Of a stretch of 64,000 nucleotides of DNA, positions 50,475 through 62,860 are shown piece by piece. Under the pieces are notes generated by a model that was not told the origin of the DNA, searched no databases, and saw only the letters and a list, made by a program, of their open reading frames with translations. How positions within the stretch are numbered: the stretch's first letter is position 1; every line of letters starts with the position of its first letter. This DNA comes from Haliotis rufescens (Eukaryota). The stretch lies in the NCBI RefSeq assembly GCF_023055435.1, contig NW_025964383.1:46066001-46130000 (forward strand), given 5' to 3'. The position numbers and the translations under genes were made by a program.

Positions 50475-52659
50475 ACTGAAACCTGTTTCTTATACAGTGG
50501 CGTAACTACATATATGCACAACAATTGCCCACACAAATTGTTTTACTTGCCTTTCGCGGCAGTCCATCGGTCTGCCCGATAAAGTAACTGCCCTTTATCA
50601 AAGAGAAGCTACTCTAACCTTAGTCTACGAAACGTCACGGCTACAGTCACGCGTTGCTGACTGTCGGCCTGACCTGTCATAACGTTAAGAAGTGCAGTCA
50701 GATGTACACACAGCGATAAAACGATACAAGGTATCACTTCGAACATATTTCTGCAAATCCAACTGTTTTAATTTGTCGAAAAGGTTCCAAGCCGCAGAGG
50801 TCTACAAGCACAGTTATGTAAAGTGATCCCGCTTGGCAAGTTCCCTCGCTAAATTGTTTCACAATGTATATCTCCAAAGTTGCCAAAACTTATAAAATGT
50901 CTTAGCCACGTCACAGTTAGACACTGATTTTCAGTATATTAGACGATTCGTTTCATAATGATAGCAATTATCCCAGATGTTTCTCCAGATTCCCGATGGT
51001 TAATTCTGAATCGATCGCCGAATGACAAGGTTAACGCCATGTTTGTTTAAAAACAGTGAAAGTAGTCCCTACTTAACCTTTGATATTTGCATCTCTATCC
51101 GCATATGACCTCAACGGATATCGTTTTTATCTGTTGGCTTTATCCTGCCGAGAAACCTACCCATTATATGATAATATATATAAACAGTATATAAAGTCAT
51201 GCTTTTGAGGGTACTACAAACATTACATCATCGTCTGCTAGCACCAATTACCACTACAAGTTTTAGTGCAACATTTATGTTTTATCATTATCTACATCAC
51301 CGTCGTTTCCTTGCTGCTATTATGGATCGGTCATGTCCAAACCCCACTGGTATCTCGTTGTGCTATTGGTCATATGACTTTCCTGTGGCAGTTTCAGTCC
51401 CCATTCACTGCAGACGGAAGTGAAGGACACTGAGTCAGATGCAGACCTGTCCAAACCCCACATTGATGTCTTTGATGTCTCAGGTTCTGTTTCCGTGCAA
51501 CTCAGGGAAGTGACTTCATGATCAGACAGCTATTCCTGGGAAAGAGAATGTCACTGAACATCACGCCAGGCTCTTTTCTGTCTCATATTACACACTTTCA
51601 ATTCAGAAATTAGTTCCAATTTCAATTACGCCTCGACAAATCTATAGGTAACATACCTATAAGCGAGAGTGAATCGCTCACTTGGCTATCAAACACGTTT
51701 CAAGAGGTGGAAGTGCTGCTACAGACATGTATTTGTTGTCTCCCTTGGGTTGTAACATATCCTTGACGCTGTGGCCCTCTGAATACTGCTTGTGCTCGCT
51801 CCTCTCACTGCAGGGGAGGAGGTGCATATGGTCGACATTATACAGCGCAATGCCAGGTGTTACTTGTGTAGACAGACAATATTGAACATGTCGACACAAG
51901 ATGTACGCACTGTTTGCTTACACAACATTAATCACAACGTTAATCCCAAGCCAACTTAAAGTTTAATTAAATTATAATTATATACTAAACTCGTCCCCGA
52001 TTAATATAACCTGAAGTGTATTTCGAAACGTTTCTAACGAAGTAAATCGAAAATCAGTTATATAGAAAACATGACATGAATGTATTGCTTATTCCTTTAA
52101 ACTTTGCAGCATATCTAAATTTTCACAGTGAAGAAACAATGTGAAATTTCATGTATTTTGCTATTGTCCAGGAATAGTCTATATATAATATATATAGTTC
52201 ACACGCCCTCTACTGCGATCACATAACATAATATGAAACCGCTTTCATTCTTATACACATCCGGCAATGTATGTGGGTTACTTTGTAATGTATCCTGTGA
52301 TGTGGTCTGTGACAAGGCTTTCAAATTATGCATACAGCTTCAAATGACACTGACGCAATGACCGTTAGACAACACTAGAGACAAGGACGCAGTGGGTGAA
52401 AAGCAATTTCCTATTATTGTGGAAATGGCTTTGTCACTTTTTTATGAGAAGAATATAACCATTCACACAACTCAGAGATAGGGTCACTGTGACCGTCTAT
52501 CCTCCATGAATTTGTGCTACATAACTTTCTATTGAGACTGAGATTTACTGGTCCACTGCCGGTGTGGTATGTGTAGGTGTGGGGCGTATGCACACAGGGG
52601 CAGCTGGTCCGAACACTGGCGATGCTAGCTTCATGTGGTATATTTTACGGAGGAGTGAA

Positions 52660-53273
52660 GCTACTATTATTATTACCACTATCACAACCGCTATTACTAC
52701 TACTACGACAACCACTACCACCACTACTGCTACAAGGACCACGACTATTACTACCACTACCGCCACTACTGCTACTACCGCCGCAACTACTACTACTGCT
52801 GCTACTACCACTACAACCTCTACTACTACTACTACGACTACTACTAACACTACTACCTCTACTACCACCACCACTACTACTACCTCCACTTAGATAGATC
52901 TACATACCATTGAAGCAAAAACTACGCCATATACGCCAAATACCACCAACACTACTACACTACACTACACGAATACTACTACCTCCATTACTACTACTAC
53001 TGCCACTACTACCTCTACTAATCCCAACACTACTACTACCACCAACACAAGTACTACCACTACTACTACCACTACTATTACCACTACTACTAGACCGCCT
53101 CCGTGGCATGGTTTCTCACTAGGCGAGCACTATAAATCGGCATCAGTCCGGACTAGTACAAGCAGCCACACACACGCACGCACACACGCCCACCATCATT
53201 TCTACCACTACCACTACCACTACCACTACCACTACTACTACTACCACCACACCACTACTACTACCACCACACC

Positions 53274-53305
<32 letters not shown>

Positions 53306-53720
53306 CACCACCACTATTACTACTGCTACTTCTACTACTGGTACTTCAACTACTACTACAACTATCTCTATTACCACCACTTCTACTTCTGCCACCGCCA
53401 CCACTACCACCACCACTACTACTACTACCACTACTACTACCACAACAAGTACTACCACCAGCACCACCACTTTTACTACTACCACTACTTCTACTACTGG
53501 TACTACAACTACTCCTACTACTACTTCTACAACTACTTATGCTATCATCACTAGTGCTACTATTACTGCTTCTACTACTACTTCCTCTTCTACTTCTGCT
53601 ACAACAACTAACACTACCACTTCCACCACCACCACTGAGATAAATCTGTATACCGTTGAAGCAAGAGTGAAGACAGCATTACTACTTCTACCGCCGACAC
53701 TACTTCTACTACTACCACCT
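52660..53720. repeat. (ACT/ACC)n low-complexity trinucleotide tract
   Basis: long imperfect actact/accact runs with frame breaks and stops. Confidence 0.9.
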
Positions 53721-55094
53721 CCACATGCTCCTGGTCGTTGAGCATGTGTAACAGTTCCAGTGATCATAACGTGCTGCTTCCTGAGTTTGACTTTCACCCG
53801 TTTGGAGCGTTCCGATCAAATAGCTCCGGCACGAGTTTCAAATTGACACAGAAATCGACTGACCGTTACAGGTGTCCCCTGCTATTGTTTATGAGGTTCG
53901 AAACAATGTGTCCATGCCACGATTTGCCCCTGCACATCTGACACTTGGTTGTGCTCACTTTGACGCTAATGTGACCAGGGACCAGTGTTACGACACACAC
54001 GTCTTACATTCAAGACACTTTGGTCAGTGACAGTTATGATTGTGATTACACTTTCTTAGTAAAGTACAGTTGTTTATCATTTATTTGGTTAAAGTCCCAT
54101 CTCGGATTTGGAAGTCCGACAACTGGTAGGCTAGATCACGTAGCTTTCGGCCATGGGATCCGTGCCAATGTATAATGTCAGAGCGGTACACAAAGTACTT
54201 GATCTACACAAGAAAGTGTTATCCCAACTATATATTTGTTACATTTGACCGCATTCTTTGGTCAGTGTCTTCCCGCTTCTGTATCGTGTGTCCATGTTCT
54301 CATGTTGTTTTTATTATCATGTGATCTTGGTTTATTTATTTTCAACTTGCATACACATGGGTGACCCTTCAGTAGTTGCCTAGGGCAACCATTATACTGA
54401 GGTTAAACCACCAGACTCACTTTCACAGAATGATCTCAGGATGGCGAACCATGAAATAAACAAGAATGCCTCGCCGTGTGAGGTGTCAGAAACTATGCTG
54501 TGGAATGGGGAACCCTATATACATGTTGTATCGTGTCATGGAAGGAGACTAGCACCACTTCATTGTGAACATATGTGTCATTTGAATATAGACAAATGGT
54601 TTGAAAACAGAACAACTAGTTATGTTGCTGCAGCAACTAGGAATCTAGTGTAGACGTTGTTGTTGTCATTGTTTGTCCACGAGACCATGCAGTTGTATTA
54701 CCAAGCACGTATCCCTTTTCAATTCCATAGTTCATTCACGGAACGTTGAATGTAACTGTTTTTTGCAAGGATCCCAACCCACAGTCCCATCTGTCAGTCT
54801 GTCAGTAGTATTTAACAAGGAAATTAAACATGAAAACGGATGTAAAATCATGTAACTGTGCGTTGTTTTAAAGCTTTGGCGGCGTTGAGGCCTTGTGAAA
54901 TGCGCGATACGTGAAAACATGTCCGTTTCATGTGGATGATTAAATATATTTTAGCGATGTGCCATCTTCCTGGTCATCGGGAAATATAATATACTGGAGC
55001 GGTGTTCTTTTTGGAAAATGTCACAATTGCATTTCAGTTTGCTTTCTCAAGTAAAAAGCATTGGTAATAATACGTCTGATAAGCCATAGGTATT

Positions 55095-55570
55095 ACATAG
55101 ATAATGCCTAGATAATACATGGGTAATACATGTATAATGCCTAGATAATACATGGGTAATACGAGTATAATGCCTATTTGATACATGGGTAATACGTGTA
55201 TAATTCCTAGATAGTACATGGGTAATACGTGTATAATGCCTAGATAGTACATGGGTAATACGTGTATAATGCCTAGATAGTACATGGGTAATACGTGTAT
55301 AATGCCTTGATAGTACATGGGTAATACGTGTATAATGCCTAGATAGTACATGGGTAATACGTGTATAATGCCTAGATAGTACATGGATAATACGCGTATA
55401 ATGCCTAGATAATACATGGATAATACGTGTATAATTCCTAGATAGTACATGGGTAATACGTGTATAATTCCTAGATAGTACATGGGTAATACGTGTATAG
55501 TGCCTAGGTAGTACATGGGTAATACGTGTATAATGCCTAGATAATACATGGATAATACGTGTATAATGCA
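55095..55570. repeat. 33-bp tandem minisatellite (~14 units)
   Basis: gtataatgcctagatagtacatgggtaatacgt repeated. Confidence 0.95.
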
Positions 55571-56032
55571 TGGAAAATGCAACATCGGAAAATAAAATAT
55601 ACTGGAGCATGAATAAACAAAAGCTAATCAAGAAAGTTAAAGAATGATTTGTGTAGTATGTTGAGTCTCTGGCATCTGCTTAGTGTTGACAACCGGCGAG
55701 TTGTAAAGTTGACCATATGACCTATTTCCTTATTACATTGAATTTTGCCATAAGCCAATATGCGTTGGATGACTAATATATAATATTTCCTACTACGCAT
55801 CTCAAATTTGAAATGACTGATCTCACAAACCATTTTCTAAGTATCGTTTGGGAAAAACTGTTTCAACTGTTTCATTTTTTGTCTATAGTAAATCACATCC
55901 GTCAAATTACACCTGATAAACCATAGATAATGTCGCAGTGAGGAACTCGCTCATCGCAGAGTATGAACTAGATAGAGGTCACATAGATGTAACAGAATGT
56001 AAATATTGTGTACCAATATTGTACGGGTTTGG

Positions 56033-56725
56033 TGTAGACAACCCACGAGTACGGGGATAATGTTGACAACCCACGAGTACGGGGATAATGTTGACAACCC
56101 ACGAGTACAGGGATAATGTTGATAACCCACGAGCACGGGGATAATGTTGACAACCCACGAGCACGGGGATAATGTTGACAACCCACGAGTACGGGGATGA
56201 TGTTGACAACCCACGAGTACGGGATAATGTTGACAACCCACGAGCACGGGGATAATGTTGACAACCCACGAGCACGGGGATAATGTTGACAACCAACGAG
56301 CACGGGGATAAGGTTGATAACCCACGAGCACGGGGATAATGTTGACAACCCACGAGCACGGGGTTAATGTTGACAACCCACGAGCACGGGGATAATGTTG
56401 ACAACCCACGAGTACGGGGATGATGTTGACAACCCACGAGTACGGATATGATGTTGACAACCCACGAGTACGGAGATGATGTTGACAACCCACGAGTACG
56501 GAGATGATGTTGACAACCAAAGAGTACGGGGATGATGTTGACAACCCACGAGTACGGAGATGATGTTGACAACCAAAGAGTACGGGGATGATGTTGACAA
56601 CCCACGAGCACGGGGATGACGTTGACAACCCACGAGTACGGGGATGATGTTGACAACCCACGAGTACGGGGATGACATGACAACCCACGAGTACGGGTAC
56701 GGTGTTGACAACCCACGAGTACGGG
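56033..56725. repeat. 28-bp tandem minisatellite (~24 units)
   Basis: gttgacaacccacgagtacggggataat repeated (56041 to 56069 offset). Confidence 0.95.
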
Positions 56726-57112
56726 TGTCTGATAACGGTTCCACAGTCTTGTAATGGTGCTTGGTGGTTCGTGGAAAAACATGTTTACAGCCGAAGATGA
56801 TTCGCTTCCATGCAGTCGGCCGATGACGTTGTTGCGTTGGGCTTCCGTCAGTCGTGGCATGTTTTCGCTGTTCACTCGCTGTAAGATTGTGATCGGAAGC
56901 AAATGAAAACCCAACTTTTTGATATCCAAACAAGTGATGTTGCACCTGCATGTCATGTTGGTGTGTTTCAGCGCCATGCTCTGACGTGTTTGTGTTTTTG
57001 CGATTTTCACAAATCAATCTCAATCCATGCAGAAATGACCAGTAAATTTTGGTATAAATTTTGTCTGGATATCGGCAACACTACATTTGCGTTTCTTTTT
57101 TTGCAGAGTATA
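56726..57112 (-). mobile_element. 5' end of a Tc1-like element (terminus + N-terminal HTH)
   Basis: MPRLTEAQRNNVIGRL..TITRLWNRYQT resembles the 34188 transposase start; terminus tactctgcaaaaaaagaaacgc next to a TA run. Confidence 0.8.
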
Positions 57113-57430
57113 TATATAGCAAATCGAAACATAAAAACACAAATGATACTTCCCCCTCTTAACGGAAGAATAAAGTCCGCCGACAGTCAGCAGTTACAGT
57201 CAACCGACAATATAACCCTGAAACCGCGGCTACATCTGTCATACACCAACATTGGAAATGCTCCGCTCTCAGTAAGTAGGTTTAATGCACACACTTATTC
57301 AGTATCATGATCGGTATGTTATGATGATTCATAAGGTATATATTCCTTTCCATTTTCTCGTCACGATTAGGCTGCAATACTGCCGAAGTGACGTTAAATC
57401 TTAACTCACTCACTCACTTTCCATTTTCAG

Positions 57431-60400
57431 ACACTTCAAGACTTCTTTGTCGATTCTGTGTTTGGCGTTCATTGTACTAACCATACGAGGTAAGTTTGTT
57501 AAATATACAGTGTTTAGTCACGATCTCCGCCACATAGGACCAGTATGTGACTAATACAATATCTCTTCTGAAGACATTTTATCCAACACAGATATATAGA
57601 ATACTAAACGAGCTCCCGTGTAATACCAATTTTATGAAACGAGTTCAAAGACAACTATTCACGAGTTTCATAAAATTGGTTTAACACGGGAGCGAGTTTA
57701 GTATTTTATTTATTACTTGCCATTTATAACGTTTTTAGAATTATACTGTTGAGTATGAATAGGCCGACACCTACACGATCCACGGCCGATTGAGTCAAAT
57801 GAGTCCAATTGAGTTTAACATAATACTACTTCAAACACTTCAACAGTTAGAACGTATGAATTTAATACCATACAACGGTCAACCTTTAGAATTCAGGCGT
57901 CCGTTCCACAAAATTATCGTAGGGCTAATCGCAACTCACATACTTTAACTTAGACTAACTTCTGTCGTTGCGCTACACTACGATCGCCTTGTGGAACGGG
58001 CCTTGCACCTTAAAGTTTACAATCACGTCACAATACCCGATGACGTAAATTGTGGAATTTTGTTGCACGATCCATTGGCGAAACAATGCCATGTGACGTT
58101 AGCCTAGCAACAAGGTTGCTGGGGTCATCGGGTGTGCATAAGCTCCTCTCAGTGATCTATCAACTCCATACGCAATGTTGTTGAATAAGCCAAGGGATGT
58201 TGAGAGCTTTCAATATTTGTTCGTGAAACGTGTTCCGAGAGTACATAAGCACGCGTTTTGGTATTACACGATGTATAATACAGCTGTATGTTTATTAAAC
58301 GGGTGATCTCTTCACGGGCAAGTAATAGAAGGGCTTATTGGACTGTGGATACTCTTTGTTCCTTGCGTCTCATGGCCTTGGACATGGGCGTCTCAGGGTC
58401 GATGTAAGAAAGCCTATTTATGATCCTTTGTGAAATTTGTCAAAATCACTGTCCGTTTCCGGCAAACTCGCACCATGGTTATAACTCTTTTAACCCTCCG
58501 GTTGTCTCGAACTTGCCTACGGATAAGCGAAATGTGAGAGACGGTTCAGGATAATGTTTATTAATATGTTGTTCTAACTATGACATTTAATTGCGCCGCT
58601 TGTCGGCGTGAGTAGAAACATGATTGAGGAAAAGGAAAGGAACGAGAGGTATGTACGTACATGCTTTCTGATATCTGACGGCTAGTCCGGACCTTAGTTG
58701 GGTCGGGTCGAATGTTTCGAACTCCCGGATAAGTCGAACTGTTTCTCTAGTCACCAGGAGTTCCCGGCAATATTCGTCTTGGTGAACTTATGGTTAAACA
58801 AAAAGCATTTGAAGTGTAGGTATATGGCAATGTGCATATCAAACAATTTTTTTACTTGACATCCCCAACTTGACCATGTCACAGTTATGTCCCCTTATTG
58901 ATTTCATATGGAATTTCATCCTGATTCTATGTTTTCAGCCACGCCATGCCGTAATGGTCAGCACTGCCGAGAATGTGACGATGACGGAGACTGCTCAACA
59001 CAGTGTGAACGTGGATACTTTGGGAAGAAATGCAGGTCAGAGTGCAGCAGCAGATGCACACATAAGTCGTGTAACCTCACAGCGGTAGGCATCGAGACTT
59101 GCACGGAGGGATGTGTTCCAGGATTCATGGGTACAAGCTGCAAGATACCATGTGGCAACCCTGGGACACAGTGTACGGAGTGTGAAGGTGGATGTGATGG
59201 CGGGTACTGCATGCTGAGTCCTACGTCGTGTGTTTCTGGATGTGTTGACTCCTACTATGGCCTTGACTGTAAGCACTGCTCTGAGAGATGTAAATCATGT
59301 AACAGGTCTACAGGAATATGTGTCCTGTGAGAAGTCATGTGAGAACTGTGCAGGATCTTGTGAGTCTGGATGTGAAGGAGGCTGTAAACCTGGCTTCTAT
59401 GGACATTGGTGTGATGAGGTGTGCAGTGAAAACTGCCGCTCTGGTCCCGACAGAGATTCAGTTTCTGTCTTGGAATGTGACAGAAATACGCCCAACAACT
59501 GTATCCGGGAGTGCGACAACAACACAGGAGATTGTATCCACGGTTGTAATGTCGGGTGGTATGGTACTAACTGCTCATCTCGCTGTAGCTCGAATTGTGC
59601 AAATCTGTCCTGCACTGAGTCAGGAGCGTGTGTTGATGGTTGTGCACCAGGGTATGCTGGGACTGACTGCTCATGCTATGAGAACTGTATTCAAGATATT
59701 TGTCACCCCAACTTCGGACACTGTGTGAAAGGATGCATCAACGGTTATTATGGTGCCTTTTGTAACAACACCTGTGAGATCTGTCTTGACGGCATATGTG
59801 ATTGGGAATTAGGAACCTGCATTCGAGGATGTAATTTTACTGACCTTTGATGCAAATCGACCTGTACACATGATTGTCCCTTAGATGTTTGCCTTACTGA
59901 TATGTCTTGTGAAGGTAGGTTCTTGAAATATGCATTTATAGATAGATCAAATAATCATATATACCATCACTTTGTGTCTTTATCCATTGTCCATGCTGAA
60001 CGTCTTTTCGGGACCCAGGATGTTGTTTGAAGATGGATGTGGGGAAAGAAATACCATTGAAGTTGTATTTATTGACCAATGTGTATTTGTCTTCACAATT
60101 CAGTTAACAATCCCATCCATCTCAAAATACGACGACGTCTCTGCAACATCCTTTAACATCATGTGACATATTTAACCATTATTGAAAAAGTCAGAGTGCA
60201 GTTCAATCGCCTCTGGAATTAACCATTGACTGTTACTTGTCATGTATTGCACGTGCATGGGGTAAATCATTGGTCGCGTTTGAACGTGTGTGCTTGGGTA
60301 GCTCCGTCCATCACCTGCATTCTTGCACTTTTCAATTTTTTAATAGTCGCTGTCGATCTCCTCCAGTTTCATAAAAGCATCCAATCAGTGGGAATGAAGC

Positions 60401-61296
60401 AAAAACAGCATGTTTTCAACTGTTAATCACATTGTCAACATACTCAGACCTATTGTCACATGTTTCCCTGACTATTGATGTGTTGTTATTCAGCAGGCAA
60501 GCAGGCGCAGATGGATATCAAGTATATCGTAATAGGACTGTCAACATTGCTTGTTCTTACTGGCATCCTCTGTGTATTTTGTTTTGGAAAACGCTGGTCG
60601 AAAAGAAGGTTAGTCTTCAATTGCGCCACTGTTTTTTCCTCGTATTTTGAGTTATTTTATGTTTCTCTGCATAAACATCAGAACACAAGCGACAATAGAC
60701 TATTTACATATCGAAAGACATTTAGTCAAAACTAAAATCTTTTAAGGAAGGAGTATTTCCCAAATGATCCAGGATGTACTTACTTAGCAGGTACGAGTCT
60801 CCCGAGATATCGTGGATCCAAATCCCAGGATAGACCAAAGTATGATCATTGTCTGTCAACATCATACACGTGCCAGTGGGCGTAAACATGCTGTATCATC
60901 TAGCTCGATGAAAAAGGTCTTCCAAGCTATTGAGTGTTCATGTCTTCTTTTTCCTTTGTATTTCACAGTAAATTTCATTAACCTTCTCAATGTATACACA
61001 GGAACGCTGAAGCACACAACTACATAGTCTAGTACGAGCCTCCATCAAACAGATATTGGGAAATAAGAGAATCAGATGTGGACCAAGAATGTGACTACCC
61101 TGAAAATGAGTCATCTGGTGTTTTGGCAAAACAGCTTCAGGAGTCACACGGTAGAGGGGCGCACGGTGACATTTCCTCCGATGATACTTCTGGAGACAAC
61201 CCGTCGTACACTCACCTAGTGAGGGACATCGGTGTCGATGATAAAACAACCGATATCAAATATATAACACCATCTGGGGAAAAGGATGTGGAGTAA
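57431..61296 (+). pseudogene. MEGF10/11 / Draper / SCARF-like multiple-EGF-repeat receptor, disrupted; exons 57431-57489 (signal peptide), 58939-59914 (EGF-like), 60494-60608 (TM), 61002-61296 (tail)
   Basis: C..GYFGKKC, C.PGFMG..C, C..GWYG.NC repeats; TM IVIGLSTLLVLTGILCVFCF; frameshift ~59325, in-frame TGA 59848-59850, in-frame TAG 61030-61032; no in-frame ATG found. Confidence 0.85.
57596..58330. mobile_element. non-autonomous hairpin-headed element (intronic)
   Basis: aatactaaac..ctcccgtgtaataccaattttatgaaac / gtttcataaaattggtttaacacgggag..gtttagtatt stem; tattacttgcc / ggcaagtaata inverted pair. Confidence 0.7.
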
Positions 61297-61935
61297 ACTA
61301 TAATTTCGAAGGCAACCCCTATCCCTCCCACTTGTGGAGGTTGAAGGGAACCTTCCCAGACGTTGCATATATCTATGTTAGATAAATCTCACAGACACTG
61401 TAAGTAGGGAAAGTGTGGTTGATCATTGGATGTGCATCAAGTGAGGACATGACGTACTATTTTGTAATATTTTGTTTGCAAAATATTAATATGGGAACAA
61501 ACACCATTATGAAGCATTTTAAAAGAAGCACTGTTACAAATGTAAGCATGAGAACGAGTAGGGTGCTTGTGCCAAATGTGACTGCACAAATTCGAACTCT
61601 CAAATTCGCCCCTGCAATTGTTTTTCTCAAACACGAACAGAAGACTGCTTGTCAGAGACACGGGACATATTTTTGAAGGTCAAGTTCAGTTGTTTTTATG
61701 CATATTTGGTTGAAAAAGTAATAAGTTTATGTTCCATAGGTTGGATTTTGGAACTGTAAGCAATAACGTACTTGACTTTGCTGTGGGACAGTTGCCGATC
61801 CTGTGATGGTTAAGTTTGCTTTGTTTTTGTGTGCTGCACGTGAAGCCTATGTATATATGGATATTATGTATATACAAGGATATATCTGTCCATTGTTTTT
61901 ATGTGGTTTTCGTCTGTTTTTCTTTATATTGAAAA

Positions 61936-62860
61936 TGAGTGAGTGAGTGAGTTAATATTTTAAGTCACATCGGCAGTATTTCAGCCATATCGTGGCTTGA
62001 ACAAGTTAGGCATTGATATTATATATTAAAAGCTGTCATCGAAGGACAGTACAACAACCAGCAATATATCACAGATTATAATTTTAAAACTAGTTTTAGA
62101 GCAATAAAATAATCAGTTACAATTCAAACGATACAATATAAAAACGGGCTGTAGATCGCCAGCAACCAAAGTTAGGCCACCATACTAGGGACCATGGGGA
62201 CTTACGGTACTTCTGCTACCTACATGGTACCTCAGCAGGATTTACACCATCCCTCTGGGCACTGGCGATTATCAGACAAATTAGCCAAAGAGTTAAAATC
62301 AACAAAAATACTACGATTAAGATCACAGAGAAAGGAAATGATACCTTGAATGATACTGGACTTACGTACCTTCCCAGGGGGACAATTATTTTACGATACT
62401 TCAACTCCCTGTGAAGATACAGCCACCAACAATCTCAGTTATAATTTCATTCCACCAAATTAAAATTCATTTACCTTATACTACACATATTATAATCAAA
62501 ATTTATCTATTATTCTATTTCTTTTAAAAAACCGATGAATAAATGAGTACTGATTTGATTAAAAAGATCCTTTATGGATGTAATTTTGAAATATTTATCC
62601 CTTGTGATGGAAAAATCAATGCAGTCAAGCAGGACATGCTTGACCGTGATTCTCTCATCACAAGGGATGCAAAATGGAGGATCCTCACCTTTCAATAAAT
62701 ATTCGTGGGTATATCTGCTGTGGCCAATACGACATCGTCGCATAATGACCTCTTCAAATCTGGACTGACAGCCCAAGTAGGTGTAACCGATAGATGGTTT
62801 AATTTCATGTAATTTATTGATACCTACTTGGGTGTCCCACTTCTTCTGCATGAGATCCCT
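61936..62860 (-). mobile_element. 5'-truncated I/Nimb-like LINE, copy A, (CTCA)n tail
   Basis: RCRIGHSRYTHEYLL..PPFCIPCDERITVKHVLLDC; gagtgagtgagtgag tail at 61937. Confidence 0.88.

Noticed and set aside
52545-53797. mucin-like Thr-rich protein
   Set aside because: (ACT/ACC)n tract with frame breaks and stops; no flanking exon structure or domains recognised
55034-56725. repeat-protein ORFs / CRISPR-like arrays
   Set aside because: 33-bp and 28-bp tandem units with no spacers; open frames follow from the unit sequence
59848-59850. selenocysteine or read-through TGA in a Cys-rich exon
   Set aside because: the same gene has a frameshift and a TAG; no SECIS identified; simple decay is more parsimonious
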